Shown piece after piece: positions 1-11,239 of a DNA stretch of 64,000 nucleotides. Both the position numbers and the translations under genes were made by a program. Where the stretch lies: the NCBI RefSeq assembly GCF_964213995.1, contig NC_135821.1, forward strand, positions 4,712,001-4,776,000. Reading direction: 5' to 3'. This DNA comes from Mustelus asterias (lineage: Eukaryota). The notes under the pieces are model-generated. The model was not told the origin of the DNA. It saw only the letters and a program-made list of their open reading frames with translations, and made no database searches. Each line of letters begins with the position of its first letter. Position 1 is the stretch's first letter.

Positions 1-1764
1 GATGTGATCTCCAAGCTTCTTGATCATCTTCACTTGTTCATCCAAGTAGTGAGTCTCCAGGAAGTCACAAAGCTGGAAAGGAAAGACAGGAGAAATTAAT
101 GTGTCAAGTCAAACATGGAAGATCTTTTCCAGGAGAGAGAGTTACCCCCATCTTGCACTGGGTGGATGGGGAAAGTATTACAACTGGGTAATTTTAGTTA
201 ATGCATACAAGTAGCAAGTCACAATTCCATTAAACTGGGAGTGAGTGCCTCAAGGAACAGAGGTCTCAGAATCCAAAAGCCTTGGTAACATTTCAGTGAC
301 ACAGATCCAAGGTTTGGATGGCCTCTGCTTATAAACTCAGCAACTGAAAGCTCAGACTGAAGGACAGATTCCAGTATCAACATCCAACTTACATGAGGGT
401 CGGTGTTCCCAGAGGAGAGTTTGTGCAGATCCAGCAGACTCTGGTTCACATTCTTCTCCATCTGCAGAGCTCTCTGCATGGCCTCCAGACCATTGCTCCA
501 CTCATCCTGCTCTGGCTTCTGAAAGGAGACAAAATAGATCTGGGTAGTGCCATGGGATGTTACCTTGGGAACCATTACATCAGTCCCTCAATTAAAGGTG
601 ACAGGGGTAGAATCAAAGCCCATTCTCTGCACCAGAGAGAATCAGCACAAAGTTTAAGCCAGTTTACAGCCCAGAACCCCATTTATTGTTGCTTTAGCCA
701 TTAGCTCAGGGTGATCCAAAGGTCAAAGCCACACCAACTCATCATGCACCCATTCTCAGGTCATGAGGAATGTAGGTAGTAGGAACCCAAGGATGCAATG
801 GGAAAATGAACTAAACTATTTAAAAATAATGTGGCATCAAGAGGACAGAATCCAACCTTGACATCCTCCAGGATGACTCTGCCTCCACGTTTATTCTGGA
901 ATTCCATCAGTTTCTCAGCGTGTTCCCGTTCCTCATGTGACTGCTCCTTGAAGAACTCAGCAAAGTGACGCAGGGCAACATCATCCCGGTCAAAGTAAGA
1001 GGACTGTGGGTAAAGAGTCAGAGCAGAGATTATCCATGGGCCACTTGGAATTTAGAACAACCATCACAGATCATTTCCTTACTCAGGAATGGGTTCAAGT
1101 TTAGCTTCAACCATCAACCCATGTTTAATCCAATAGTGGGACATTCTTTCCTTCTCCCCCACCATGGAGACTTTAAAAATCAATGCTTAAAGTAGAAAAA
1201 CTTCAATTTAATCCAATTCATTGCTCCTGGAATGATTTAACCTTGGGGGAAGGAAAGCTCAACACAACAGGATTTACCCATTTAGAATGGCAGAGGGAGG
1301 AGAACATTCATAAGTGGTCACCCAATTAGATTACTTCCATTCAAGTTGGATAATTCAATTAGATTCATGCAGCTCATGAATCCACCAAGGGGATAGATTC
1401 AGAGTTGCCCAGTCCACTCTGCAAAGAAAGATGAGTCTTCTGTTGGAAATTTAATGGAGCCTGTTTCAGATGGAAACTCTTCAGAATCAGGTCAAGTTAT
1501 TACAGACAGGGAGCAGTCTGTTAACAAGATCTTGTCCCTCAATAACATTTATCAGCAACAACTATCATTTAAAGCCAAATTCATTGGCAAAGATATTGCA
1601 CCTGCTCAGAGCACAACCAGACCATTATTTTAAATTTAAACCCCAAAAATCACAAAGCTCACCATGGAGAGATAAACATAGGAGGAATAGAGCTCCAGGT
1701 TGATCTGCTTGTTAACAGCATCCTCACAGTCCTTGTGGTAGTTCTGACACACTTGGGAAGCCAT
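1..1764 (-). CDS. Ferritin heavy-chain-like (H/M-type) gene, copy 1; 3' end truncated by the window edge
   Basis: Exons 1764-1663 ([34 protein letters not shown]), 1003-857 ([40 protein letters not shown]), 518-393 ([15 protein letters not shown]) and 72-<1 ([24 protein letters not shown]..). GT-AG junctions and exon sizes match the vertebrate ferritin gene structure. Confidence 0.95.
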
Positions 1765-1903
1765 TGTACTCTCACTGGAAGAAAACTCAACCAAGCTGAG
1801 CTGTTTAGCCACAAGCTCTTGTATTTATACCACTGGGACATCCTGCATTCAAACTGGGAATGACATCACCAATGATGATTGACAACCCCTGATAGCCAAT
1901 CAG
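1765..1903 (-). promoter_or_regulatory. Proximal promoter and short 5'UTR of copy 1: TATAAA (1829-1824), TGACATCA CRE/ATF-like site, CCAAT boxes
   Basis: GGTATAAATAC about 60 bp above the ATG; the same block is conserved in all nine copies. Confidence 0.7.
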
Positions 1904-2217
1904 GGTGAACGGTGGGAAGCTTTTCCCCAGGTCGGTGGTGACGTTCATGAGGGGTCATAGGTTCAAGGTGAAGGGGGGGAGGTTTAACACAGATATCAGA
2001 AGGACATATTTTACACAGAGGGTGGTGGGGGCCTGGAATGCGCTGCCAGGCAAGGTGGTGGAGGCGGACACACTGGGAACGTTTAAGACTTATCTAGACA
2101 GCCATATGAACGGAGTGGGAATAGAGGGATACAAAAGAATGGTCTAGTTTGGACCAGGGAGCGGCACGGGCGTGGAGGGCCGAAGGGCCTGTTCCTGTGC
2201 TGTATTGTTCTTTGTTT
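1903..2217 (+). mobile_element. CR1 LINE 3' fragment inserted in the copy 1 promoter
   Basis: Encodes ..TRGHRFKV..FTQRVVGAWNALP.. (CR1 ORF2 C-terminus), followed by the GGGCCGAAGGGCC 3'UTR and a (TTCTTTG)-type tail; absent from the paralogous promoters. Confidence 0.88.
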
Positions 2218-2904
2218 GAATCTTCCATCAATAAAGGCACCAATCATGGTGGGGTGTGATATCCCAAACCAATCAGAGCTGTGGAATACAGGCAGGTGTG
2301 GATGACTCAGAGCATCAGGACAGGAGGAGGCCAATCAGCCCCTCAAGCCTATCCCACCATTCATTTAGATCATGTCTGGTCTCATTTCAACTCTATTGAC
2401 TCACCTATCCCATCATGCCCTTGCCTAACAAACAGCTAACGTCCATGCCAACATTTAGGGTGAGCAAGGCCCAGGATTGCAGCAGCTTCTGTGTGAAGAT
2501 GTGCTTCTTACCATCACCCCATAACAGGCCAGCTCTCATTGTGAGATCAAACTGTCTCTGCCCTGGACTTCCCCGGCCAAGGAAATCACTTCCCTCCCTC
2601 TAACCCATGAATGGCCCTCAATAGCTCAATGACAATCGCTCCTTATTCCATTCTATTCCCGATGGGATGCGAGATGATCCTAGCATTCTGCTCACGCTGC
2701 CGGGCTCCCGCTACAAGGTCAGATTATTGGGGTGGGTGGGGAGACGGTGACAATGTCGGTAAGGTCACCCGACTTTCAATCCAGGGGCCCTGAAGCTGAA
2801 GCTCAACACGGATTGAAATCCCACCCAGGCAGCCGGTGGGATTTAGAAATTCAATTAATTCACAAAAATCTGGATTTGAAAGCTGATCTCAGTATGGGTT
2901 TTTA

Positions 2905-3490
2905 AAAATGCTTATTTATTAGTGTCACAAGTAAGGCTTACATTAACACCGCAATGAAGTTACTGTGAAAATCCCCTCGTCGCCACACTCCGGCGCCTGT
3001 TCGGGTACACAGAGGGAGAATTTAGCACGGCCAATGCACCCTAACCAGCACGTCTCTTAGTGGGGACAGGTTTAAGGTGCGAGGGGCAAAGTTTAAAGGA
3101 GATGTACGAGGCAGATTTTTTACACTGAGAGTATTGGGTGCCTGGAACTCATTGCTGGGGGAGGTAGTGGAAGTGGATACGGTAGTGATGTTTAAGGGGC
3201 ATCTTGACAAATACATGAATAGGATGTGAATAGAGGGATGTGGTCCCCGGAAGGGTAGGGGTTTTTAGTTAAGTCTGGCAGCATGGTCAGTGCAGGCTTG
3301 GAGAGCCGAAGGGCCTGTTCCTGTGCTGTAGTTTTCTTTGTTCTTTGTCTTTTGGACTGTGGGAGGAAACCCACGCAGACACGGGGAGAATGTGCAAACG
3401 TCACACAGACAATGACACAAGCCAGGAATTGAACATGGGTCCCTGATGCTGTGAGGCAGCAGTCCTAACCACTGTGCCACCGTGCTGCTG
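2905..3490 (-). mobile_element. tRNA-derived V-domain SINE (HE1-like) with a nested CR1 3' fragment (about 3057-3347, + strand)
   Basis: tRNA-like head GGCACAGTGGTTAG and V-domain TTCTCCCCGTGTCTGCGTGGGTTTCCTCC; CR1 3'UTR motif inside. Confidence 0.78.
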
Positions 3491-3499
3491 TATAGAATC

Positions 3500-3800
3500 C
3501 ATAGAAACAGTTCAGATGGAGGCCATTCAGCCCACCAAAGTCTGCATCAACCCTCCAAAAGAGCACCCTATCCAGACCCATTCCCCCGCCCTATCCCTGT
3601 AACCTTGCTTATTGATCATGGCCAATCCACATAACCTGCACATCTTTGCACAGTGGGAGGAAACCGGAGCATCCGGAGGAAACCCACGCAGACACGAGGA
3701 GAACGTGCAGACTCCACACAGTCAGTGACGCAAGCCGGGAATTGAACCCGGGTCCCTGGCGTTGTGAGGCAGCAGTGCTAACCACCGTGCCACCGTGCCA
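3500..3800 (-). mobile_element. tRNA-derived V-domain SINE (HE1-like)
   Basis: A/B-box head, V-domain and CR1-like tail. Confidence 0.8.
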
Positions 3801-4493
3801 TGGTAACCATGGAACTAACTCCAATTGTGGTGAAAAGCCACCTGGTTCACTAATGTCTCTTTTGGTGAAGGAAATCTGCCATCCTTACCCGGTCTGGCCT
3901 ACATGTGACTCCAGAGCCACAGGGGTTGATCGTTAACTGCTCTCTGAAATGGCCGAGCGAGACACTCAATTCAGGGGCAGTTAGTGATGGGGAATAAATG
4001 CGGGCCCAGCCAGCGGCTCCCACACCCCCTGACAGAATAACAAGAAACTGAACACACTGCTCCAGATGTGGGTTTGAAATATTCTTTCACAAGGACGTGG
4101 GCGTCGCTGGCGAGGCCCAGTGTTTATTGCCCGTCCCTAATTGCCCTCGAGGTGGTGGTGGGTGAGCCGCCTTCCTGAACCCGCTGCTGTCCCTGTGATG
4201 TAGGTCCACCTGTCGTGTTAAGGAGGGAATTCCAGGAATTTTTCCCCAGCGACAGTGAAGGAACGGTGATGTCATTCCAATTCAGGATGGAACTATCAGC
4301 TCAAACTCACTTTCTACAGCTGGAGACAAAGACCCATCCCTTTATATTCCAGCCGCACTGAGGTGAAGACTCCAATTCTCGGAGCATTTTCCATTCATTC
4401 GTGCGCCAGCCCCCTAGTTTTGAATAATTCCTGTTGAGAAACCCCATAATGTCCCCGTTCTTCTTCAGTTCCTTCCGCTTCATTGAGCAATCA

Positions 4494-4630
4494 CAGCTTC
4501 AGAAGAGTCACATGGGACTCGAAACGTTAACTCTGTTTCTCTCTCCACAGACGCTGTCAGACCGGTTGAGCTTTTCCAGCATTTCCCATTTTTATTTCAG
4601 ATTTCCAGCAGCTGCAGTATTTTACTTTCT
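4494..4630 (+). mobile_element. Penelope-like terminal fragment with a degenerate hammerhead motif
   Basis: GAGTC-acatgg-GACTC-GAAACGTT followed by the CTCTCTCCACAGAyGCTG..GACC.GyTGAG..TTTCCAGCA tail; same family as 25490-25735 and 31795-32035. Confidence 0.5.
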
Positions 4631-5678
4631 TGGTCAAAAGTGGACAACCTCACTCTGAACTCTCTACCAGCTTTGTACCGGAATCCATCAGTGCCCCTTT
4701 TGCTCCTCAGTGCACTATTTACTGTGGCACCTAACTCTGCCATCACTATTCCTTCATCTAGGTTCTGAGTGGGATGAAAAGCTTAGGCCTCCTGTCCTGA
4801 TCCCTGGGAGATGCCACCTTGTCAATTGGTGGTGTTCATACTGACTCCAGTATCCTAAAACAATTCCCCAATCCTGTCTAATGATTTCTCCCTAATATTG
4901 TGCATCATGTTGGTGGTGTAGCCCCTTTAAGGGAATGGGTCATGTGACCCAGGGGAACCACCTTGGGAGGGCAGGAGGAGTTGGAGTGTGTGAGATCTCC
5001 AAATAAATACCTATGGTTCCTGATGTCTGTCTGTGGACAGAGTCCTTGTGTTACACCCCAGTAGCAGAATACACTGTGTGGAACTTAAGCAGTCCTCAAA
5101 TTGACATCTATTCTTGGAGTTAAATCCTCAAAAACCAAGAAACTTTATAGGAACCAGGAGACACAACAATGGCCTCCATTGCGGATTCAAATCTGAATAA
5201 CTCACTAGAATATGATCACAGTCCCCAGCCCCTAACACTCGAGTTGGAGATCCTTCTCCACAGCAACCTCTTCAAATAGAAGACAACCTTAATCGGAGGA
5301 GGAGGGGGGGGAAGGTTTGTCACAATTTAGCGTAGAGATGCTTGGACTTCAAGCTGCAGAGCAAAATGAGTGAACTCACCAAATCAGTGTCCCCTCCCCA
5401 TTTCTAATGTTCCACCAATTGTTATTTTAACTGTAGCTTCTAGAAACTTCCTTTGCAGCACACTGACATTTCTATGACCATCACTTTCAGAAATCCCTCC
5501 AAGCTGCTCAACTGGGAGAAGTCACCAAACTGCTCGAGGGAAATAATGAATCATGTGTTAGACAGCCAGGAATTTACCCACTAGTATTCAGTGGAGAAAC
5601 TTTTTATTTCCATATAGAAAAGTCAGAATTTACATTTCAATTCCATTAGCCAGAGAAACAATGGTTGCAGAATCCCAG

Positions 5679-8577
5679 TCAGTTCAGGGTGAGCCTGTCA
5701 AACAGGTACTCTCCCATGCCATTCTCAGGGGCTCCCAGTCTCTTCAGGTTGGTGATGTGATCTCCAAGCTTCTTGATCATCTTCACTTGTTCATCCAAGT
5801 AGTGAGTCTCCAGGAAGTCACACAGCTGGAAAGGAAAGACACGAGAAAATTTGAGTGTTCTATTATCCAGATCAACTGCCCCTTCTCCCACCAGAAGAAT
5901 GTTGTATTCGCTTGACCAATCCATCCAACCTACACAATTTGGAACTGTGGGGTAAAACCAAAGCAAATCTACACAGACTTGCAGAATCCAGGGTCTGCAA
6001 CCCTTTTAGTGTTGGTATTGTTCTGGGGAATCTGTTCTGCATCCTCTTGACAGTGAATTTATCCAAACTGGACACAATATTCCAGATGTGTTCTGGAATT
6101 GAACTTGGTTGTTGGTGCTGAGAGGCAGCAGTGCTACCCCTGTAATGTGGCACAGCTGTTAATGTGCAGATTTAACCCAAATTACCCACAAAGTGGCAAG
6201 TCACGATTCCATTAAACTGGGAGTGAATGGATCAGGAAACATTGCTGCCTCAGAATGGATCCGTTTAGTGATCAGGTTCAGTGTCAGTGACCTTTGCAGA
6301 ACAAACCCACAAGAGGGAAACAAAGCAATGGAATTCTGTCACAGGGGGAATTGCAGATTCCAAAATCATCTCAACACCACTGTGGAAAACCCATTACACA
6401 ACTTACATGAGGGTCGGTGTTCCCAGAGGAGAGTTTGTGCAGATCCAGCAGACTCTGGTTCACATTCTTCTCCATCTGCAGAGCTCTCTGCATGGCCTCC
6501 AGACCATTGCTCCACTCATCCTGCTCTGGCTTCTGAAAGAGGGGAAAAAGCTTCATTATTCTATTGGGGAGGGGAAGGTGACAATTTAGTAGCAATTAGT
6601 CCATGGAGCAGCATGCTGAGTATTAGAATTACTGGGCAAAGATCAGCTCATTAACTCTGCTATTTAGTTACAACATTCCCATTTGACAAAGTTCCTCAAC
6701 AGGAATTTACCCATCAATGTTTATAGCTTTCCCCCACATTCACCACCAGGTGCCTGTGCCAGAGTCTGGGTCAATAGTTCAGTTCCTCCCAAATATCCAC
6801 ATTTATTGATCCTCTATCCATTAGAGGAATGATTTAAAGATCCACATCACACCAACATTTAGTCATTAATCTCAGTGGATTGACAAATCAGGGGTGTAAT
6901 GACAAGATAGTAAACATTTGAAATGAGAGAGAGAGAAATCTAAACTGTATTGAAGACCCTTCCCAAGGGGAAAATCCAACCTTGACATCCTCCAGGATGA
7001 GTCTGCCTCCACGTTTATTCTGGAATTCCATCAGTTTCTCAGCGTGTTCCCGTTCCTCATGTGACTGCTCCTTGAAGAACTCAGCAAAGTGACGCAGGGC
7101 AACATCATCCCGGTCAAAGTAAGACAACTGCAGGGAGAGATGAAAGGGGAGAGAGTCAGGTTTGACCGAATGTAAAAAAAAAATAGTGTCACAGTAGATA
7201 ATTCATGCTTTTTGACCTCAATATTTGGCCTTTAAGGGACCTGGGTATTTCCTAGAAAAACAAATTTAGTCATCCTCAGTTTGAGGAAACTCCATCCCTG
7301 GAAAACCCCTCCAAGGGCAATAATGCTTCCTGAAATTTTTCATTTCAACATAATTAGAAGAAATTTTTGCTGTAGAGGGAGTACAGCAAAGGTTTACTAG
7401 GCTGATTTTTGGGATGGCAGGTCTGTCATATGAGACTAACTCATTTAGCATTACAGTCACTGGGATTAGAGAGAGGCTCAAGTATAAAATACTAACAGAT
7501 TAGATAGGGGGATTTAGAAAATGTGCCAAGAGTGGGGTGCCCAGAACTAGAGCGCCACAATTTGAGGAGAGGGGTAAACCTTTTAGGACTGAGACAAGGA
7601 GAAATTTCTTCAGTCAGAGTGTGGCGAATGTGTGGAATTCACTACCACAGAAAGTAGTTGAGGCCAAAACTGTCTGATTTGAACAAAGTAGATATCGCTC
7701 TAGGGCTGAAGGGGGTCAAGAGATTTTGTTGGGGGGAGGAAGGAGAAAAAAAATCAGGATATTGAATTTGATCAGCCATGAAAATGCATGCAATTGATTC
7801 CCATAGAAAGTAGATGAGGCCACAATATTGTGCGATTTGGAGAAATTAGTACTTGAGGCTAAAGGGATATTGGGTGGGCTGGGGCAGGATCAGGATATGA
7901 ACTATGATCAAAAGTGCTCAAAGGGCTGAATGGCCTGCTTCTAGTTTCAATGTTTCCCTTTCTCTCCTACTCCTATTGTTGAACAATGGGGGGGAAAAAA
8001 AAATAAACTTATCAGTAACTTAAGCAATATTCCAGCACATTAGGACTTACTTAGGAGAGGATAAACTGAGCATAACTAGTTAGCCAATATTTCACTAACC
8101 AGTCATATTTAATTGGGAAGGTTGAGTAGGTCCCTAGAACAACCACCACAGCAATTGGAGCAGGCAAAGGGCAGAACATGGGAAGGTCCATTGGCCTCAG
8201 GCAGGATTTTACAGTTTCAGGATAAGCAAGGACATTAAATCCCATCCATGATCTTTCTACTAGAAACCTCATGGAACCCTAGAGTTAGTTTTAGATCTGG
8301 ACACAGCCATTTTAAAACAGCAACAAGCTCCTGTTGGGAGTGTTGACTCTATTCAGTCTGGGGGAGGGAGATATCTAAAACCAACTCATCAACCAAGAGA
8401 AATTCTACCTGCTCACAATGCAACACAGTCACTGTGTTAAACTGAAACTAGGACTCCCAGAAATGTAAAGCTCACCATGGAGAGGTAAACATAGGAGGAA
8501 TAGAGCTCCAGGTTGATCTGCTTGTTAACAGCATCCTCACAGTCCTTGTGGTAGTTCTGACACACTTGGGAAGCCAT
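5679..8577 (-). CDS. Ferritin heavy-chain-like gene, copy 2 (173 aa, C-terminus ..DRLTLN)
   Basis: Exons 8577-8476, 7127-6981, 6532-6407, 5825-5679 (TGA). Open spliced frame with ferroxidase residues E24,Y31,E58,E59,H62,E104,Q138. AATAAA at 5608-5603. Confidence 0.96.
7360..7715 (+). mobile_element. Old degenerate CR1 3' fragment in intron 1 (paralogues at about 17265-17645, 24590-24960, 30565-31260)
   Basis: Remnants of QQRFTRLI and [20 protein letters not shown]; shared by copies 2-5. Confidence 0.7.
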
Positions 8578-8790
8578 CTCACTGAGGATAAGAGTCACAC
8601 AACAACAAGCTGACCTTTACCCTCACAAGCTCTTGTATTTATACCACTGGGACATCCTGCATTCAAACTGGGAATGACATCACCAATGATGATTGACAAT
8701 CCCTGACAACCAATCAGGACTCTGTTGTGAATCCAGGCACCAATGAATCAATGAGAGGGGGTGAGGTGGGATACCCGGAGCCAATCAGAG
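8578..8790 (-). promoter_or_regulatory. Proximal promoter of copy 2 (TATAAA 8643-8638, TGACATCA, clustered CCAAT boxes)
   Basis: Conserved block shared by all copies. Confidence 0.7.
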
Positions 8791-9419
8791 CTGTGGAAGA
8801 CAGGAGGATAAGGATGATTGTTCTGTGATTGGGACATTCAACCCCTCAAGTGTTTCCTTCCATTCTGGACTGAATTTTAACTCGATTCACCCGCCTTGGT
8901 TCCATTTACCTTCAGCCCTTACAGAACAACAATCGAAGCTTGGAAATGTTCAAATGAGCCCCAACATTTTGGGAGAGAGTTCCAGATTCCCAGCATCCTT
9001 TGTGTGAATAATTGCTTCCTAATTTCCCTCCTGAACAAGCTGGTTCTAAACTTAACCTCGTAACCCCGCCCCACCAGGGGAAATGGTTTCTCTCTCTCCA
9101 CCCTCTCAAATCCAATCATCATCTTCAACACCTCCATTAGAACCTTCCCTTTTTATTTTCTGGACGGTAGGGATTGCAAGACCAGTCAATGCAAACGGTC
9201 CTCATCATTTAACCCTTTCAGCGCTGGTATCGTTCTGGTGAATCTGCTCTGCATCCTCTCTACAGTGAATTGATCCAAACTGGACACAATATTCCAGATG
9301 TTGTCTAAGCTGCTCTTTATACAGCTGTTTCAGAACCTCTACACATCGCTATTCCAGCTCCCTCGAGATGAAGAATAAAATTCTATTAGCCTTTTTGAAT
9401 TTGTTTTGTCGCTGTCATC

Positions 9420-9725
9420 GGCGCGGTGGCAGACTGGTTAGCACTGCTGCCTCACAGCGCCAGGGACCCGGGTTCGATTCCCGGCTTGGGTCACTGTCTG
9501 TGTGGAGTCTGCACATTCTCCCCGTGTCTGCGTGGGTTTCCTCCAGGTGCTCCGGTTTCCTCCAACAGTCCGAAAGACGTGCTGGTTAGGGTGCATTGGC
9601 CGTGCTAAATTCTCCCTCAGTGTACCCGAACAGGTGTCGGAATGTGGCGACGAGGGGATTTTCACAGTAACTTCATTGCCGTGTTAATGTAAGCCTACCT
9701 TTGATATTAATAAATTAATTAAAAA
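9420..9725 (+). mobile_element. tRNA-derived V-domain SINE
   Basis: GGTTAGCACTGCTGCCTCACAGCGCCAGGGACCCGGGTTCGATTCCC head plus V-domain. Confidence 0.85.
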
Positions 9726-9789
9726 ATAAGAAATGAGGAAGAGGTGTAAGCCATTCAGCCCCTTGAGCCTGCTCCACCCATTTAATGTG

Positions 9790-10117
9790 GTGTGGGGATG
9801 CTAGTGTTGGACTGGGGTGGACATGAGGAGAGGTCACACGACACCAGGTTATAGTCCAACAGGTTTATTTGAAATCACAAGCTTTCAGAGCGCTGTCCCT
9901 TCGTCAGGTGAAGTGGAGCGAGGTGCACAGGCACAGAATATATAGGGAGTGATGATAGCCCGACACTAACAGGTAATCAAGAGTGTCAAAGGATAAGCAC
10001 AGACAGTGTAGTGCAGTGTAGACCGGCCTATATTGAATAGTTGTTCAGCCAGTCTACACTGCACTACACTGTGCTTATCCTTTGACCTCTGTCTGTACTT
10101 ATCCTGTGTGACCTCTC
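9790..10117 (-). mobile_element. Penelope-like element terminal repeat with a hammerhead motif and a fold-back end
   Basis: Same sequence family as 56397-56806, which is attached to PLE RT coding sequence; inverted repeat at about 9985-10086. Confidence 0.7.
9875..9911 (-). ncRNA. Minimal type I hammerhead ribozyme motif (Penelope-type)
   Basis: Minus strand reads TCAC-CTGACGA-AGGGACAGCGCTCT-GAAA-GC-TT-GTGA; stem II is imperfect. Confidence 0.5.
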
Positions 10118-10190
10118 ATCATTTAACAAGATCATGGCTGATCTGATAGCAACCTCAAATTTACATCCTGCCTACCCCCGATAGGGGGTA

Positions 10191-10992
10191 GACAAGTGTG
10201 AGATATTGCACATTGGAAGGACAAACCAAAGTAGAACGTACAGGGTAAATGGTAGGACTCTGAAGAGTGCAGTTGAACAGAGGGATCTGGGAATACAGGT
10301 ACAGAATTCCCTAAAAGTGACGTCACAGGTGGATAGGGTCGTAAAGAGTGCCTTTGGTACATTGGCCTTTATAAATCGGAGTATCGAGTATAAAAGTTGG
10401 AGTGTTATGGTAAGGTTATATAAGGCATTGGTGAGGCCGAATTTGGAGTATTGTGTACAGTTTTGGTCACCTAGTTACAGGAAGGATGTAAATAAGGTTG
10501 AAAGAGTGCAGAGAAGGTTCACAAGGATGTTGCCGGGACTTGAGAAGCTGAGTTACAGAGAGAGATTGAATAGGTTGGGACTTTATTCCCTGGAGCGTAG
10601 AAGATTGAGGGGAGATTTGATAGAGGTGTATAAGATTTTGATGGGTATAGATAGAGTGAATGCAAGCAGGCTTTTTCCACTGAGGCTAGGGGAGAAAAAA
10701 ACCAGAGGGCATGGGTTAAGGGTGAAAGGAGAAAAGTTTAAAGGGAATATTAGGGGGGGCTTCTTCACGCAGAGAGTGGTGGGAGTGTGGAATGAGCTGC
10801 CGGATAAAGTGGTAAACGCGGGGTCACTTTTAACATTTAAGAAAAACTTGGACGGGTCCATGGATGAGAGGGGTGTGGAGGGATATGGTCCAAGTGCAGG
10901 TCAGTGGGACTAGGCAAAAAATGGTTCGGCACAGACAAGAAGGGCCAAAAGGCCTGTTTCTGAGCTGTAATTTTCTATGGTTCTTCTATGGT
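10191..10992 (+). mobile_element. CR1 LINE 3' portion (open ORF2 C-terminus, 10206-10913)
   Basis: ..QRDLGIQV..LYKALVRPNLEYCVQFWSP..FFTQRVVGVWNELP.. and a (TTCTATGG)n tail. Confidence 0.92.
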
Positions 10993-11239
10993 TGATAACC
11001 AATCACACCCTCGCTTACCAAGAATCTACCCACCTCTGCCTTGAGAACAATCAAGGACTCTGTTTTCACCACCCTTTCAGGAAGAGAGTTCCAAAGACTT
11101 TTTAGTCCGCGACTTGTCAGTAATTTCTGTACATTTGCAATATTGACCACAATAGACTGGGTTTCTTTTTTCATTCATGGGACATGGGCGTCACTGGCTG
11201 GGCCAGTATATGTTACCCATCCCTAGTTGCCCGAGGACA

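Noticed and set aside
393-704. Plus-strand ORFs such as [10 protein letters not shown].. and ..[16 protein letters not shown].. repeated across the window
   Set aside because: They are antisense shadows of ferritin exons 3 and 4 and recur only because the exons are near-identical.
1765-1795. Functional IRE in the 5'UTR of copy 1 (TCTTC-CAGTGA-GAGTA)
   Set aside because: The upper stem has a C/U mismatch, the bulge position is U rather than C, and there is no lower stem; the other copies pair even less well.
2303-2313. Antioxidant response element upstream of copy 1
   Set aside because: TGACTCAGA lacks the GC required by TGACnnnGC; it is at most an AP-1 site and is not conserved in the other copies.
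4907-5061. Possible short solo LTR
   Set aside because: It has TG..CA-like ends and an AATAAA, but I found no convincing TSD or second copy in the window.
9420-9490. tRNA genes
   Set aside because: The A/B-box sequences are SINE heads that run directly into V-domain or SINE bodies; no complete cloverleaf is present.
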